Shown: positions 1 through 14,229 of the stretch, piece by piece | Layout of the letters: the number at the start of each line of letters is the position of its first letter | How positions within the stretch are numbered: the stretch's first letter is position 1 | Assembly: GCA_003427395.1 (NCBI GenBank) | Contig: BFEA01000019.1 | Location: 985,431 to 1,049,430 of the forward strand | Direction: 5' to 3' | Length of the DNA stretch: 64,000 nucleotides | Source of the DNA: Chara braunii | Lineage: Eukaryota; Plantae; Charophyceae | Made by a program: the position numbers and the translations under genes | The notes under the pieces: model-generated | Database searches by the model: none | What the model was told of the DNA's origin: nothing | The model's input: the letters and a program-made list of their open reading frames with translations, nothing else

Positions 1-510
1 ACTTCGAGGTTTTCGGGATTTACTTAGTCTTTTTGGCGAGTTATATCCAAGTGCACATTCGGTGTTTCGTTACCGAAACGCACTTCGGGGTTTTCGGGAT
101 TTACTTAATCTTTTTAGGGAGTCGTATCCAAGTGCATATTCGGTGTTTCGTTACCGAAATGCACTTCGGGGTTTTCGAGATTTACTTAGTTTTTTGGGGG
201 AGTTGTATCCAAGTGCATATTTAGTGTTTCTGGGGAGTTGTAAATGCACATTCGGTGTTTCGTTACCAAAACGCACTTTGGGGTTATAATCCGCGTGTAG
301 ATTCGGTGTTTCATTACCGAAACATACTTTGGGGTTTTCGAGATTTACTTAATCTTTTCACTAGCTTATAACCGCGTGTAGAGTCGGTGTTTCATAACCG
401 AGACGAGGTCAGGTTTGTAAGGATTTCCCTTATAGATTCTGTGTTTCGTTAGCAAAACACATTTCAAGATTGTCGCGAATTACTTAGATATTTAGCATCT
501 TATATCACCC
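1..510 (-). repeat. Degenerate ~81-bp tandem array, inverted relative of the 82-bp satellite at 3775-7480
   Basis: CACTTCGGGGTTTTCG recurs at 81 and 162. The unit aligns with the reverse complement of the 3775-7480 unit (CGGGATTTCGGGATTTTACTT...TTCGCTACCGAAATCGCACTT). It runs off the window start. Confidence 0.85.
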
Positions 511-2574
511 TTACATACGGTGGGGGAAAAAAAAAAAAAACTTTAAACAGATGAAAAAAAAAACCTTGAAAATTTTATTTAAAAAAAAAAGCAACGTTAT
601 ATATCTTATAAAAATACCAAACACTCCATGAGTACTAATTGTTGCAGCCTGTACCTATCGATCATTGTTCCCCTTTTAACTAGTTGAATACGTCGGGTGA
701 CCTAACCCGGATCAGATGAAAAGTTCGCTAGGTATACTATGGTGGATAGCTCGGACCTAATGATTTAGCTGGGCTAGACGCACTACTCGCCTTTTTAGAT
801 AAATTTAGATAAAAAGTCGATTTCCAGCTAAGAACGGTCAAAAGAAGGGTCAAAACACAATCCTAACTACTACACCCCTATCCTTGAGTTGTGTTGTTTC
901 ACAACCTACACAATCTAACTACTAACTCTAAGGATTTCCTACCTTCTCATCCTGACTCTTACCTAAGAGGGAAGGATTCAAAATAGACTAGTAGGAAGGC
1001 AGTGCGAGATGTCATTAGAAGCAAGTGTGGAAAGACTAGAAGTTAATCAGGAAGATAATATGACAAGAAGAAGAAGATAAAGTTTATTAAGTGGCACCTC
1101 AACTAGTAGAGATGACAAGCACTCTTCCTTGATTGAGAAATAAACCCTAACCCATCAACCTCCGTTTGGCGAAGTGGTTGCCCACACGCTTGGGCCTCTG
1201 GCGAAAGTTTCCCCAACCACTGGGCACTCCCTCTGAGCTAGGCATGTGGTACTCCGAAAATCAGCCTCTAAGCGTCCTAACTGAGGGGTTGATCTCCTAC
1301 CGCACGCCGATCTAGCCCGTGCGGATCAAAGTCGGATCGAAGCCTCACTAACCACTCTCAACCAGGTAAGTTCTGTCAATGAATAACTCTTATACCTATC
1401 AAGCCTATAAATGCAACCCGTAAATGGGTTGGCTCAAACCCTAGGGTGTCCAACTCTCTTCAGTGATAATGGGGAAAAAAAAAAAAACACATGGCTGACC
1501 AATATTGTTGGAGTGTTCTTTCTAAGACAAGAATAGCGATTTCATCTCGTCATCCTGACACATATGGTTGAATGCCTGAAGTATGTCACTGTGTACCATT
1601 GCCAAAATGTGCTTCTAACTTTTAAGTTAGAATTATTACCGATTTCCTAGGAAGATTCTCATAACCGGCCGGTCTGGACCGGCTGGTCGCCCAGGCGTGA
1701 AGCCCGGGGGGGTCTGACGCCCGGGATAACCGGGCATGGCAAAAAAAAAAAAAAAAAAAAAGCCAGTGGGGGTTTTCCGTGCTGTCCGAGAGGAGCCCAA
1801 ATCCAAGCTCGTTTCTTTTTTTGAGTATCGGCTATCAAGGGGGGGGAAGGGGGGTATTATAGAATTTTAAAGGGGCTAAAGGGGTTTAAAGGGGGGTGCC
1901 TTAGTGTGATTTGTTTTTTTTTTTTTTTAAGTTTTTTTAATGTTTTTTAATCTTCAGTTGCGTGAGGAATTCTGATAAGACCCTCAGCCAAAAGTTGTTT
2001 GTATTGCAATTCTACACAACATATGTTTTTCCCATTTTTTTTTTTTTTTTTATTATTATTTTTTTTTTTGCGCTGAGGCGGCCCGGGACCATGCCCGGGG
2101 GGTCATGCCCGGCCGGGCACCCGGTCGCCGAACCAGGCATGACGTCGGGACTCGGGCGCCCGGGATATCTCCCTAACCCTTTTCTGAATTGAACGTCAAC
2201 CAAGGCACATAACGTGTTTGAGATTGACAAATGGTGACCTTTCACTATCTACCTACCACTATTTTCAAGCCTATACTGGGGACCTCACAAATTAAATGGA
2301 TCTTGAAGCTCAGCTCAAATCACAGGTGCCCATTGTAGCGATAGTTGCCTTAGTAGGTACTATCCGACTGTCATTTTTTAATGTTAGCGGAAAGAGAACC
2401 GTGCATAGCCACAAAAATCGGCAAATCAGGGAGTGACTCATTGGCATAAGGCTCAAGTGCGCGCTCAAAAGCGCTCAATCCCGTTTCTTGTGCGCACGCT
2501 TGCCAGAAAATGAGTGCGCGCACCTAGCGGTGGTGTTGCGCAAAAAATAAATAAATTGCGGGGGCGGGTGGTGA

Positions 2575-2816
<242 letters not shown>

Positions 2817-2989
2817 AATGTACATATGAACTTTAAGCAAAACAATAGAAAATATGCGCTTCTAGATCTTCAAAAGAACTACAACCCTATATCTTTTATT
2901 TTGTTTTTTATTTAGGTTTTTTCCCACGGAAAAATCTCTTTGAGAAAAAAAAAAAAAACCACCCATTTTTAATTTCTTTTTTACATTTG

Positions 2990-3190
2990 CTGAAAATTTT
3001 TGAATTAACTCTAAGGCAAAAGTTGTTTTGTTTATTTTTCTGCATAACAAAGTCTTTTTTTTGTAAATTTTAATTTTCTCAAATTTTAACAATTTTTTGG
3101 GGCTGGGACCTTCCCTGGTCCTTGCACGGCCGGGCCGCCCGGGAAAATAAGGTGACCTTGGCGGTCTGCCTGGCAGCCTAGGTTATAGAT
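2990..3190 (+). repeat. Dispersed repeat (probable DNA-transposon fragment) with an inverted copy at ~33790-33980
   Basis: GGACCTTCCCTGGTCCTTGCACGGCCGGGCCGCCCGGGAAAAT matches the reverse complement of ATTTTCCTGGGTGGCCCGACCGTGCAAGGACCAAGGAAGGTCC near 33832-33874. Flanking AT-rich parts also match. Confidence 0.7.
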
Positions 3191-3774
3191 CTCAAAAAGA
3201 TCTACAACCTTTTTTTTTTTTTTTTTTTGCCCCCCAAAAAAATATTCCCGCGCCAGTCAAACCCCGCTTAAGCGTCTTTGAGCACGGGATTGAGTTGAGC
3301 TCAAAAATTTGAGTCCCAACCCCGCACTCAATCAGCTCGCTATAACACAGCCCCGCCCTCAACGTTTCAAAAGTGCAGGCAGTCTAAGTCGGCGATCTCT
3401 CGAGATCGACGGTTCAGATCGCCCGCCTACGGAACCCGTTTTTTTTTTTTTTTTGTTCGTTGCCCTCCTCTAGCAAAGAGGGACCCCCTTGTGGCATCAG
3501 AATCACGGTAACCCCCTCCAATGAAAAAGTGATGGGGTCGACCAGGCGGAAATGGTGTCGGTTGACCGAACGGTCCCACCAGCCCGATTCCAACTGGAGG
3601 GAGGAGCCCCGGTCGGACCGAAAGTACAGCCTTGATAAAATCCAAAAATACCCAAGTGTGAATTAGAGAACAAAATCCCAAATGCACCTGCGGATAAAAG
3701 TTTAAAATACGACTAAAATTTTTAAATACACTTTTGGTAATGAAATTCTGAATGCACGTGCTAATAACTTCAAG

Positions 3775-6700
3775 TACAGCTAAGTAACATCCCGAAATCC
3801 TGAAGTGCGATTTCGATAACGAAATCCCAAACACACGTGCGAATGTAACTTTAAAAAACGCCTAAGTAAAATCCCGAAATCCTTAAGTGCGATTTCGGTA
3901 GCGAAATCCTAAACGCATGTGCGGATATAACTTTAAAAAACGCCTAAGTAAAATCCCGAAATCCCGAAGTGCGATTTCGGTAGCGAAATCTCGAACGTAC
4001 GTCTGAATATAATTTCAAAAAAGGACTAAGTAAAATCATAAAATCTCGAAGTGCGATTTCGGTAGCGAAATCTCGAACGTAGGTGCGGATATAATTTCGA
4101 GAAGCGGCCAAGTAAAATCCTGAAATCCTGAAGTGCGATTTCGGTAGCGCAATCCCGAACGTACGTCCGGATATAATTTCGAGAAACGGCCAAGTGAATT
4201 CAGAAATTCCGAACATACGTGCGAATATAACTTCGAGAAATGACTAAGTAAAATTCCGAAATCCCGAAGTGCGATTTCAAGTAGCGAAATCCCACATGTA
4301 CGTCTGGAAACAATTTCGAGAAACGGTAAGTAAAATCGTGAAATCCTGAAGTGCGATTTCGGTACCGAAATCCCGAACGCACGTGCGGATACAACTAAGA
4401 GAAACGACTAAGTAAAATCGTGAAATCCCAAAGTGCGATTTCGGTAACGAAATCCCGAACGCACGTGCGAATATAACTTCGAAAAACGGCCAAGTAAAAT
4501 CCCGAAATCCCGAAGTGCAATTTCGGTAGCGAAATCCGTCACGTACGTCCATATATAATTTCGAAAAACGGTTAAGTAAACTCCCGAAATCTCGAAGTGC
4601 GATTTCGGTAGCGAAATCCCGAACGTATGTGCAAATATAATTTCGCGAAACGGCTAAGTAAAATCCTGAAATCCCGAAGTGCGATTTCGGTAGCGAAATC
4701 CCGAACGTACGTCCGTATATAATTTCAAGAAACGGCCAAGTAAAATCCCGAAATCATGAAGTGTGATTTCGGTAGCAAAATCGCGAACATACCTATGGAT
4801 ATAATTTCGAAAAACTGCTAAGTAAAATCCCAAAATCTCGAAGTGCGATTTCAGTAGCGAAATCCCGAACGTAGGTGCGGATATAATCTCGAAAAACGGC
4901 CAAGTTAAATCCTGAAATCCTGAAATGCGATTTTGGTAGCGAAATCCCGAACGTACGTCCAGATATAATTTCGAGAAACGGCCAAAATCCCGAAATCCCG
5001 AACTGTGATTTCGGTGGCGAAATCCTGAACATAGGTGCGAATATAACTTCGAGATACGACTTCATAAAATCTCAAAATCCCGAAGTGCGATTTCGGTAGC
5101 GAAATCCCGAACGTACGTCCGGATATAGTTTCGAGAAACAGCTAAGTAAAATCTTGAAATCCCGAAGTGCGATTTCGGTAACCAAATCCCGAACACACGT
5201 GCGGATATGACTAAGAGAAACGGCCAAGTAAAATCCCGAAATCCCGAAGTGCGATTTCGGTAACGAAATCTTGAACGCACGTGTTGATGTAACTTCGAAA
5301 AACGACCAAGTAAAATCCCGAAATGCCGAAGTGCGATTTCGATAACGAAACCCCGAATGCAAGTGCGGATATAACTTCAAAAAACGGCCAAGTAAATCCC
5401 GAAATCCCGAAGTGTGATTTCGGTAATGAAATCCCGAACGCATGCGCGGATATAACTAAGAGAAACGGCTAAGTAAAATCCCGAAATCCTGAAGTGCGAT
5501 TTCAGTAGTGAAATCCCGAACGTACGTCCGGATATAATTTCGAGAAACAACAAAGTAAAATCCCGAAATCTCGAACTGCGATTTCGGTAGCGAAATCCCG
5601 AATATACGTGCGAATATAACTTCGAGATACGGCTAAGTAAAATCTCGAAATCCCGAAGTGCGATTTCGGTAGCGAAATCCTGAACGTACGTCCGGATATC
5701 ATTTCGAGAAACGGCTAAGTAAAATCCCAAAATCCCAAAGTGCGATTTCGGTAACGAAATCTCGAACACACGTGCGGATATGACTAAGAGAAACGACTAA
5801 GTAAAATCCCGAAATCCTGAAGTGCGATTTCGGTAACGAAATCCCGAACGCAAGTGTGGATGTAACTTCGAAAAACGACCAAGTAAAATCCCGAAATCCC
5901 GAAGTGCGATTTCGGTAACGAGACCCCGAACGCAAGTGCGGATATAACTTCGAAAAACGACCAAGTAAGATCCCGAAATCCCGAAGTGCGATTTCAGTAG
6001 CGAAATCCCGAACGTAGGTCCAAATATAATTTCGAAAAATGGCCAAGTAAAATCTCGAAATCCCGAAGTGCGATTTCGGTAGTGAATTCCCGAACGTAGG
6101 TGCGAATATAATTTCGAGAAACGGCCAAGTTAAATCCTGAAATATTGAACTGTGATTTCGGTAGCGAAATCCCGAACGTACGAGCGAACGTAACTTCGAA
6201 AAACGACCAAGTAAAATCCAAAAATCCCGAAGTGCGATTTCGGTAACGAAACCCCGAATGCAAGTGCGGATATAACTTCGAAAAATGGCCAAGTAAAATC
6301 CTGAAATCCCAAACTGCGATTTCGGTAGCGAAATCCCAAACGTACGTCCAGATATAATTTTGAAAAACGACTGAGTTAAATCTCGAAATCCCGAAGTGCG
6401 ATTTCGGTAGTGAATTCCCGAACGTAGGTGCGGATATAATTTCGAGAAACGGCCAAGTTAAATCCCGAAATATTGAACTGCGATTTCGGTAGCGAAATCC
6501 CGAACGTACGTGCGGATATAACTAAGAGAAACGGCTAAGTAAAATCCTGAAATCCCGAAGTGCGATTTTGGTAACGAAATTCCGAACGCTCGTGTGGATG
6601 TAACTTCGAAAAAAGACCAAGTAAAATCCTGAAATCCCGAAGTTCGATTTCGGTAACGAAACCTTGAACGCAAGTTCGGATATAACTTCGAAAAACGGCC

Positions 6701-7480
6701 AAGTAAAATCCCGAAATCCCGAAGTGCGATTTCGGTAGCGAAATTCCGAACGTACGTCCGGATATAATTTTGAGAAACGACTTAGTAAATTCCTTAAATC
6801 CCGAATTGCGATTTCGGTAGTGAAATCCCGAACCCACGTTCCAATATAATTTCGAGAAACAGCTGAGTAAAATCATGAAATCTCGAAGCATGATTTCTGT
6901 AACGAAATCCCGAACACACATGCGGATATAACTTCGAAAAACGGCTAAGTTAGATCCCGAAATCCCAAACTGCAATTTCAGTAACAAAATCCCGAACGCA
7001 TGTACAGATATAACTTTGAAAAACGGCTAAGTAGAATCCCGAAATCCCAAAGTTAAATTTTGGTAACGAAATCTCGAACGCACGTGCAGATATTACTTCG
7101 ATAAACGGCTACGTAAAATCTTAAAATTCCGAAGTGCGATTTCTTGAAGTTATATCCAAACGCACGTGCGGATATAACTTCGAGAAACGGCTAAGTAAAA
7201 TCCCGAGATCCCGAAGTATGATTTCGGTAACGAAATCCCGAACGCACGTGTACATATAACTTCGAAAAACGGCTAACTTAAATCCGGAAATCACGAAGTG
7301 CTATTTCAGTAACGAAATCCCGAACGCATGTGCGGATATAACTTCGAAAAACGGCTAAGTCAAATCACTAATTGCGATTTCGGTGACGAAATCCTGAAAG
7401 AATATGCTGATGTAACTTCGAAAACGGCTAAGTAAAATCCTGAAATCCCGAAGTGCAATTTCAGTAGCGAAATCCCAAAC
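3775..7480 (+). repeat. 82-bp tandem satellite, about 45 units
   Basis: Unit AAGTGCGATTTCGGTAGCGAAATCCCGAACGTACGTCCGGATATAATTTCGAGAAACGGCCAAGTAAAATCCCGAAATCCCG, with starts e.g. at 3967 and 4049. All ORFs here are repeat translations. Confidence 0.97.
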
Positions 7481-7753
7481 GGACGTGCAGATTCGGTGTT
7501 TCGTTACCGAACGTACGTTAAACTACAACTTCGACAAATCACTAAGTTATAGCCTCAACCATAAACTTTTCATGGTTGTCCATCATTTGAATGTTTTTTT
7601 CGGGTCTTAAAAACACGAATTGGTAAACATGGATTTCATCTTCACCAACACAAAGCACGAATTCGGGTTTATAAACCACGAATTCACTAACGTTTCGCTA
7701 ACAAGCTTCGTTGTTCAATTCAGCGAATTTTCGGGGTCCATTAACCTTGAGTG

Positions 7754-7990
7754 TCCTCCATGGCATCCATTTTGACGGACAATTTTGAGAGAGTGGGCTC
7801 AACGTCGTACACCAATTTCAGTAATACCATAATTGGTCCGATCACCGTGATAACTTTGTCAACGTCCTTCTAGAAACCGACTCTGCCCACTTCCTTGACA
7901 GGTGTTGCAACTCGTCCTTCGCTTGTTTGTACCCGTCGTCAAGTCGTTATGCCCTTGCTTCATCACATCCATCTTCATGAGAGCACCTCG
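7754..7990 (-). pseudogene. hAT transposase fragment
   Basis: My minus-strand translation reads F*KDVDKVITVIGPIMVLLKLVYDVEPTLSKLSVKMDAMED, resembling the hAT motif FW..V..V..P...LL.LVD...P.L. It is cut at 7753 by an ATTAACC-type transposon end. Confidence 0.6.
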
Positions 7991-9539
7991 TACTCCACGA
8001 GGAGGGAAACAAGAATAATGGCGAAAAAGAAGACGGGGGAAAGACGAGCGAAGGTCGCAGGGCGAAGGAGATGAGTAGGGTGTTTGTAATCTATTGTTGG
8101 ATGCAAACATAAATGACTTTATTTGGTATCCTGTTTTATAAATGTGATTTTTACGCATTTTTTCAACACCGCAATTTTTAAACTTGGGTTTGTTTTGCAA
8201 TTTGCAGCCGGTTATTTTCACAAAAACATAGAAAAAATTGTAAATTTTATAATTGCTTATGTTTACAAAATTCCCCCACTTTTGTATAAATGTCATCATG
8301 CTTCCCCCCACCTTTGATAACTCGTTGACTGAGTGTAGTAACTGTAGTGATTTAAATGATGTGTGTTCAATTGTAAAATGTTATGCAACTTCTTGATTGT
8401 TGTTTGCTCGACTGTTGTATTACTATGTTACACGCGCATGCCGCGAGAAGGTATGTAGCATGTGTCTCTTGTGGAAAGTTTGAACTTTTAGTCTTTTTCA
8501 CATTTGGTCATTTTATTTCGAGTTTTGCAATGTTTTGTTTTTCTAATTTTGTTTAATTGTTTAGTGTTCGAACTTAGTATAATGGATTTTGAAATTCCGA
8601 ATCTACTCAACTTTCTTGAGTTGAATAAAAATTTAGCAAATCCTCACTCTTTCAAGATCGTGGAGATCAACCGCCCACCTCTGCACACAAAAAGGTAAAA
8701 CCTTGTATGCACTGAGCGCACATCCATGGGGCATGCACACAAGCAAGTGCATGAGAAGGAAACGCACCTCGCACCAATGCACCAAAGCACGTACACTGAT
8801 CAGGCGGGTGCACGGGAGAGCTTGCGCACAAGGCATATGCAGACGACGAAAAATCTCACCGATGCACCGCAGGTATGTTTTTTACCACTATGTCGAGGGT
8901 TACCCCAACTCATCACCACATACTTTGCTGCCAACTCCAAATTCATTTGTGGAGTTGATAATTCACAACTGCACATCTCCGAACCCGCTAAAAGTGAAGT
9001 TTTGGAGCTTCCACATTGCAACAGGGATGATGACAGTTAAGTTCGTTAGGCAATACCATGTACCAATCGGGTTTAATCTCTCTGGTCCCAGCAGTTTCAT
9101 CCTCTCTCGTAGAATGGCGAGAAGAATGGTACACCAATTCCTTCATGGTGCCGTAAATCCTCAACTACATATAGATTTACTCCAGTTGTTTCCAAAATAC
9201 CAGAATGGTGAAATACAGATATGCAACGAGGAAGATAACTCTACAGATCCATACCTTACCAAAGGAGTCTGGTTCTGAACTTGTAAAGTCAAGAATGAAT
9301 GGATTCTTCAATAAGCAGTGTCGTAAGACTTTCTTCTTCATTTAAGTAGATCTGATATTTCACTAGCGGTTACTGCTTCAAATACGGCGATATACCCTAA
9401 AGCATATATATAACAGACAAAAAGAAAAACTGAGAAAAAAGTAAAATATGACAGTTTCGGTGAAAATTTCGTCAAAATTCTCTGAATTTTGGGCCTTCCA
9501 TTAACCGCCTCTCAAGAATTTTGTCAAAAAGCACAGCTA

Positions 9540-11230
9540 GACGTCTTGTGGTCTAATCAGTTGTCATTCATGCATTAAAATCATATCGGCCAGAAGGATT
9601 CAATCCTCTTTAACTTTTGCATAACCACTTTCGCAAACCGGTTTTGTAGTTTTACTTGGTTCTTTCATTGTGGGTCAATTAGACACAACCCTCCTCCTTC
9701 CTTTGAGTAAGCGATAAGTTATCGGTCCGCCTTCACTAAAAACCCCTTCTCTACAGCAACACATGGTTTCCAAAAGTACTTGGTAAACAATCTTCTCATT
9801 TCCTTTAATAACACAAATGCCCATTTTCGTACTATCTCCACAAACTTGATCAGAAGAGGGCAACATTGATACTAAAGTCCTTCCAAACAGCAAGAGGTGT
9901 CATGAAGAGCACCACACCCTTAAAAGTGTCGACATTTTTTATTATAAAATGAAACATGTGTTGTTTTCATAACCCGCAAATTGACGAAGACTCCATGAAA
10001 TTATTATCCTTTACTTAAATGAACTGATTGCATCCCCCGTTCTACCTGAAGGGATTAAACTTACTGCATGAGGTATGTTGACTTGCTCAAATTTACAGAT
10101 GCTTATCGCAGGAACGAATAGTCCATCAAAATCAATTTACTACAACCAGAGAATTGGGAGAATTATCTATAATGACAAACAAGTCATCGGTCAGGGCCTT
10201 AACCACAAAGTCATGCCCTTCAATTAGTTGCAGACAGCGAATCAACGAATGTTTATGAATACATTTGAGAGGAACCTCTACCTATGGGACAAAGAGGAGT
10301 AGAGCGAGTTGATATCCCTAACGCCAGGACATAGAGAATCAGAAAATGCATGATAAGTGGCTATTTATTAAAACTGAGGACGTTGGCAAACTATGGATCG
10401 TAATCATCCATCTGCAAAATTCAGCTTTGAAGTCCATCCTTCTAAATGTCTTCAGTACAAAAGACCACCCGACACCATCATAGACATTTTATAAGTCAAA
10501 GAACGTAATTGTCACATTTTTTTTATCTGTCTACACCATTTCGGTGGACTTAATGACTGGAAATATCAATAAAAATTTACCGATGTTCTAGAACGGCTCC
10601 CTAATCTCACTCTATCAATTTTGACATGATTTAACCCAGACACTGGCATTGACCAATAGTTTGTACTCTACATTAAGCACTGAAATTTGAAGGTAGTTCC
10701 TCACATTTGCCTTGTCCCCCTTCTTGAAGATGTTGAGATACTGGATATAGACTCGAAATACTATTACTCATCCGTCTTTCCAAATTGCCTTTGTGAGAAC
10801 GTCATTGTATACCTCTAACAGAAAAATTATGGCAAATTTTGTGACAGGATGATCATATGTGGAACCCATTTTTAAACCGTTGGAACTTTGTTAATAAACT
10901 GTTTGGAGGGGGGGGTGTCATGTATTCCACTAGAAGTGAAGGAATTCAACGCTGACCAAACATTTGGTAAACAGAAAATAGTGTGTCAAATTGTTGGTCC
11001 ATTTGTTGAAAACTTGTTGAAAAATTATTTACCAATTGTTGAACATTGCATTTTTTATTGGGAAAAAAAATCAAAATTTGAGCTTGTGTCGTACGTTTTT
11101 GCGGTTTCTTCCCAGAACGGTGGCCAACTTCTCCACCTTTTTCTCCTACCACACGAAACACCATGCTCTTTCACATTTGTCAATCTTTGAGTCTTGTAGT
11201 ACTCCTGACATGCAATACACACTGAATGAA
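9540..11230 (-). pseudogene. L1/Tx1-type LINE ORF2, reverse-transcriptase region (decayed)
   Basis: Minus-strand motifs IFKKGDKANVRNY.QISVLNVEYKLL (~10730-10650), FFDL*NVYDGVGWSFVL, R*GYQLALLLF, KALTDDLF (~10200) and KEGGGLCLIDP (~9690). Many stops and frameshifts. Confidence 0.88.
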
Positions 11231-11248
11231 GAAAATAAGAGATTGATT

Positions 11249-11249
<1 letters not shown>

Positions 11250-11310
<61 letters not shown>

Positions 11311-11350
11311 NNNNNNNNNNNNNNNNNNNNNNNNNNNNNNNNNNNNNNNN

Positions 11351-11418
<68 letters not shown>
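11250..11418. repeat. (GA)n microsatellite with N gap
   Basis: Seen directly in the sequence. Confidence 0.95.
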
Positions 11419-11421
<3 letters not shown>

Positions 11422-11530
11422 TGGGGGGCAATGCTACAAGCACGGTTCACTACTGCGTGACACAATTTCTCCAACATGGCAGTCCGAGAGAGAGAGTGGC
11501 ACGTAGTAGCGAACCTTTCTTTTGAGTCTT

Positions 11531-11629
11531 CTGGATTCTATTAGAACTATTGAGAGACTTTAGGGTTTGCACTAGTGGAGTCCACTAGTGCAGAGCCTAA
11601 AGCCTCTCAACAGTTCTAATAGAATCCAG
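11531..11629. repeat. 99-bp near-perfect palindrome (49-bp arms, 1-nt centre)
   Basis: CTGGATTCTATTAGAACT...CACTAGTGGA-G-TCCACTAGTG...AGTTCTAATAGAATCCAG, with 4 mismatches between arms. Confidence 0.95.
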
Positions 11630-11744
11630 TTGTTAAACCATCCAAACGTTGACATTTATCCTCTGCCATTTCCTTTAGTGCTTATCGCAATTCCTCCTCT
11701 ATCACTGACCTGTCTAATACTAGTGTCTCTAGTAACCTTCACCA

Positions 11745-11915
11745 CACTTTTTGTTTGTTGTTTTATATGTTTTTTATTTATTTATTTTCGTTTTTTTTTT
11801 TCCAATATTTTAGTAAGAAGTGCACTTTACAGATTGGTGTAAAGTATGGTTAAAATGACCCTTTTGTTTTCTTATAAATAAAGGTGAAAATTGGGGGGTC
11901 AGTTAACCTTCTCTC
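11745..11915 (+). mobile_element. Right end of a non-autonomous DNA transposon (GGTTAAC-terminus family)
   Basis: Aligns with 46300-46453 (TTAGTAAGAAGTGCACT...GGGGGGTCAGTTAACC) and ends GTTAACCTTCTCTC, identical to the end at 26452. Confidence 0.75.
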
Positions 11916-11929
11916 CTTCTCAACTTATA

Positions 11930-12527
11930 TGTTTCTCTTGTTCGATCTTTTCCCATACTGCCAACCTAACTTTCGTTTCGCACGCCAACTTCGATTTCTT
12001 CTTCATTGTTCCTCTTTCTTGCTATTATCTCAGAGTAAATATTCAATATGTCAAAGATGGTTACACCACAAACAACCCAGTTTGCTATTGAAGTGAAGTC
12101 TAGATTGCTATTTCTCGGGCTACCATGTGCTCCCTCACCCATCATTTTAATTCTTGGTCCTCCAAGTTATGAGAATTGGATTTCAAGTAACCCTCGCCTC
12201 TCTCATTTGCAATAGTCATCGCCACATCTGCAACAACTGGTTTGTTGTCACAGAGTGGGTGAGTGCATTGATAGATAACTTAACCTGTTGATGGAGATCA
12301 CTGCTAATGAGGAAGTAATCAAGTTGCCTTCTTGTAATCTTGCGTTTTCCCTTCTTAACATTTGAGTATCAGGTATAGCCCACATTGCGTGGGTTAAGCA
12401 ATCGGAAATTATTAGCCAGTCCCAAATATCACGTGATCCACTACAAGAAGTATTGAAAGAAGATTTTGCAAGAAGATTACTCGTGCGTGCAGATCTGCAA
12501 CAATGTACACCATCATGATAGTCACGT
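11930..12527 (-). pseudogene. LINE ORF2 APE endonuclease, C-terminal part
   Basis: Minus-strand translation VTIMMVY, FRLLNPRNVGYT*, RRQLDYFLIS, HPLCDNKPV and RGEGYLKSNSHNLED matches APE motifs (RLDY, SDH..V). Confidence 0.85.
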
Positions 12528-14229
12528 TGTCGAGCGCATCACACAAGGCAGCACGGGACCCTCCCGGCCGCGTCACGCAGGAGTTGGTTTTATCCTCGTC
12601 GCGAATATATAATGGAGCTTCCGCAAGCCGCTCCGACCGAGTGCGCGAGCCATACCTCTCGCGAACCCTTACGACAGGATAGGGCCTACGGGAGGCACGA
12701 CTTCCCTCAACCTTACGGGAGTTGTCACCTTCCTTCGGTGGGCGTATCCCCGCCGAGCTACCAGTCTACAATACGAAAGTTAATCAGGTGCAATCGCAGA
12801 GGTGGACCAGCCGAGGGCGTTTCTCGTACGCTGTAGCATAGGGGGTACGCACGGTATTACACCTCTATCGGACCCGCACGCGAACTGACATCTTGGGGGG
12901 CTGAGGTCCCAACCGCGACTCGTCGCCGGTCGACGAGGACGCATTCCACACTCCACACGCACACCACTCTAAAAAACAGAAAAATAAAAACACGCACTCA
13001 TACATATACACGAAACGACACAAAACAAACAACGTGAAAACACTCCTAGTCTCTTAGTAGTCATCCCATAACTCTCCGATGCGACAATCGGATAGGCGTC
13101 ATGCGCGAGACTTTAGTATAAAACCACGAGGACGTAAGGTTAATTCATATCGACTCGCAATGTATGAATACGCAAGCAGTCGCAATGATGGCGTACTATG
13201 TAGTGCCTATAATCAGGCGGTCCCTCGTGGATCCGAGTACCACTTATGACACTCAAGTGTCAAACTCGAAGTATCGTGAGGGTTTACCCCTTCACGATAT
13301 TGCATGGCTGAAGGAATAGCCGTGCGGCCTCCGCGGCAGATCCGGCCTTTAGGCTAAGTGCCCCGGTAGGCAGGGCAAATAAGCTCTGCGTGAGGGAAGA
13401 TCCCTTTCATGCAGAGTCTAGGACCTAGGATGTCATGGACAAGGATCTCGAATCCAGACCCATGACCAACGTCCGACTAAAAAATCTTTAAGAAGCATAC
13501 AACACATAGAGAGACTTTCTTTCCTTTCTTAGTCTCAATCCCAGTTAAACCCATAAGCGTAGGCCCCTCAGACCACGCGAATATCCAATATAGAAACATA
13601 TATATATACATGTAAAGAGGGAATAAGTTTGTGACGACCACTTCTCACAATCACAGTGAGACTCCTCACAGTCATATGTATGTGTGTGATCACAGGGAGT
13701 CAAATCCAAAATCCGAACCACATAACATACATGCAATCACATCAAAGAGTCAACAAAGAATTCACGCACTACACAAAGTCAATTTTAACCAACCTCTATA
13801 CTAATACCCCTCGCTTTAGCCATGCAAGCCCCAACCTTTGTCCAACCAACCATAATTAAATACTAAGTACCTTTGTTAAATAGCCATTTAATAAAAGTCC
13901 GGGTGAAAACCTTAATAAAACAATAAAAATCACCAGGGCTAAAACCTTTTAGGTTGAGTATTGAGGATGAATTGGAGTTGAGTCGTAGACCGACGAATCG
14001 ACAACCAACCTATTATCAGTGATAACAGAAGGTGATCCTTGTAGGATTATGTTGAATCTAGCCCAAATCCTGAATCAATCGATCAAGAAGACCTGTAACA
14101 CAAGACAGACCAATCCCCAAGTTAAATCTATAAGTCCATGGAGAATAATTTTCATATCACAATCTTGCTCAAAATCATTCTATTTAACCAAGTCTAGGTC
14201 TACCTCTAAGCGAATGTCAAAAAAAAGGT

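Noticed and set aside
640-1453. Possible small solo LTR
   Set aside because: It starts TGTTG but lacks a clean CA end, a TSD or a second copy.
1648-2175. hAT MITE with TAGG...CCTA ends
   Set aside because: The terminal match is short and no 8-bp TSD was found.
3944-6987. Many 60-200 aa ORFs
   Set aside because: They are translations of the 82-bp satellite in all frames, and 82 is not a multiple of 3.
8633-9278. Cys/His-rich ORFs, possible PHD finger or TE gene
   Set aside because: No motif could be assigned with confidence in any frame. It may be a decayed TE interior ending at 9513.
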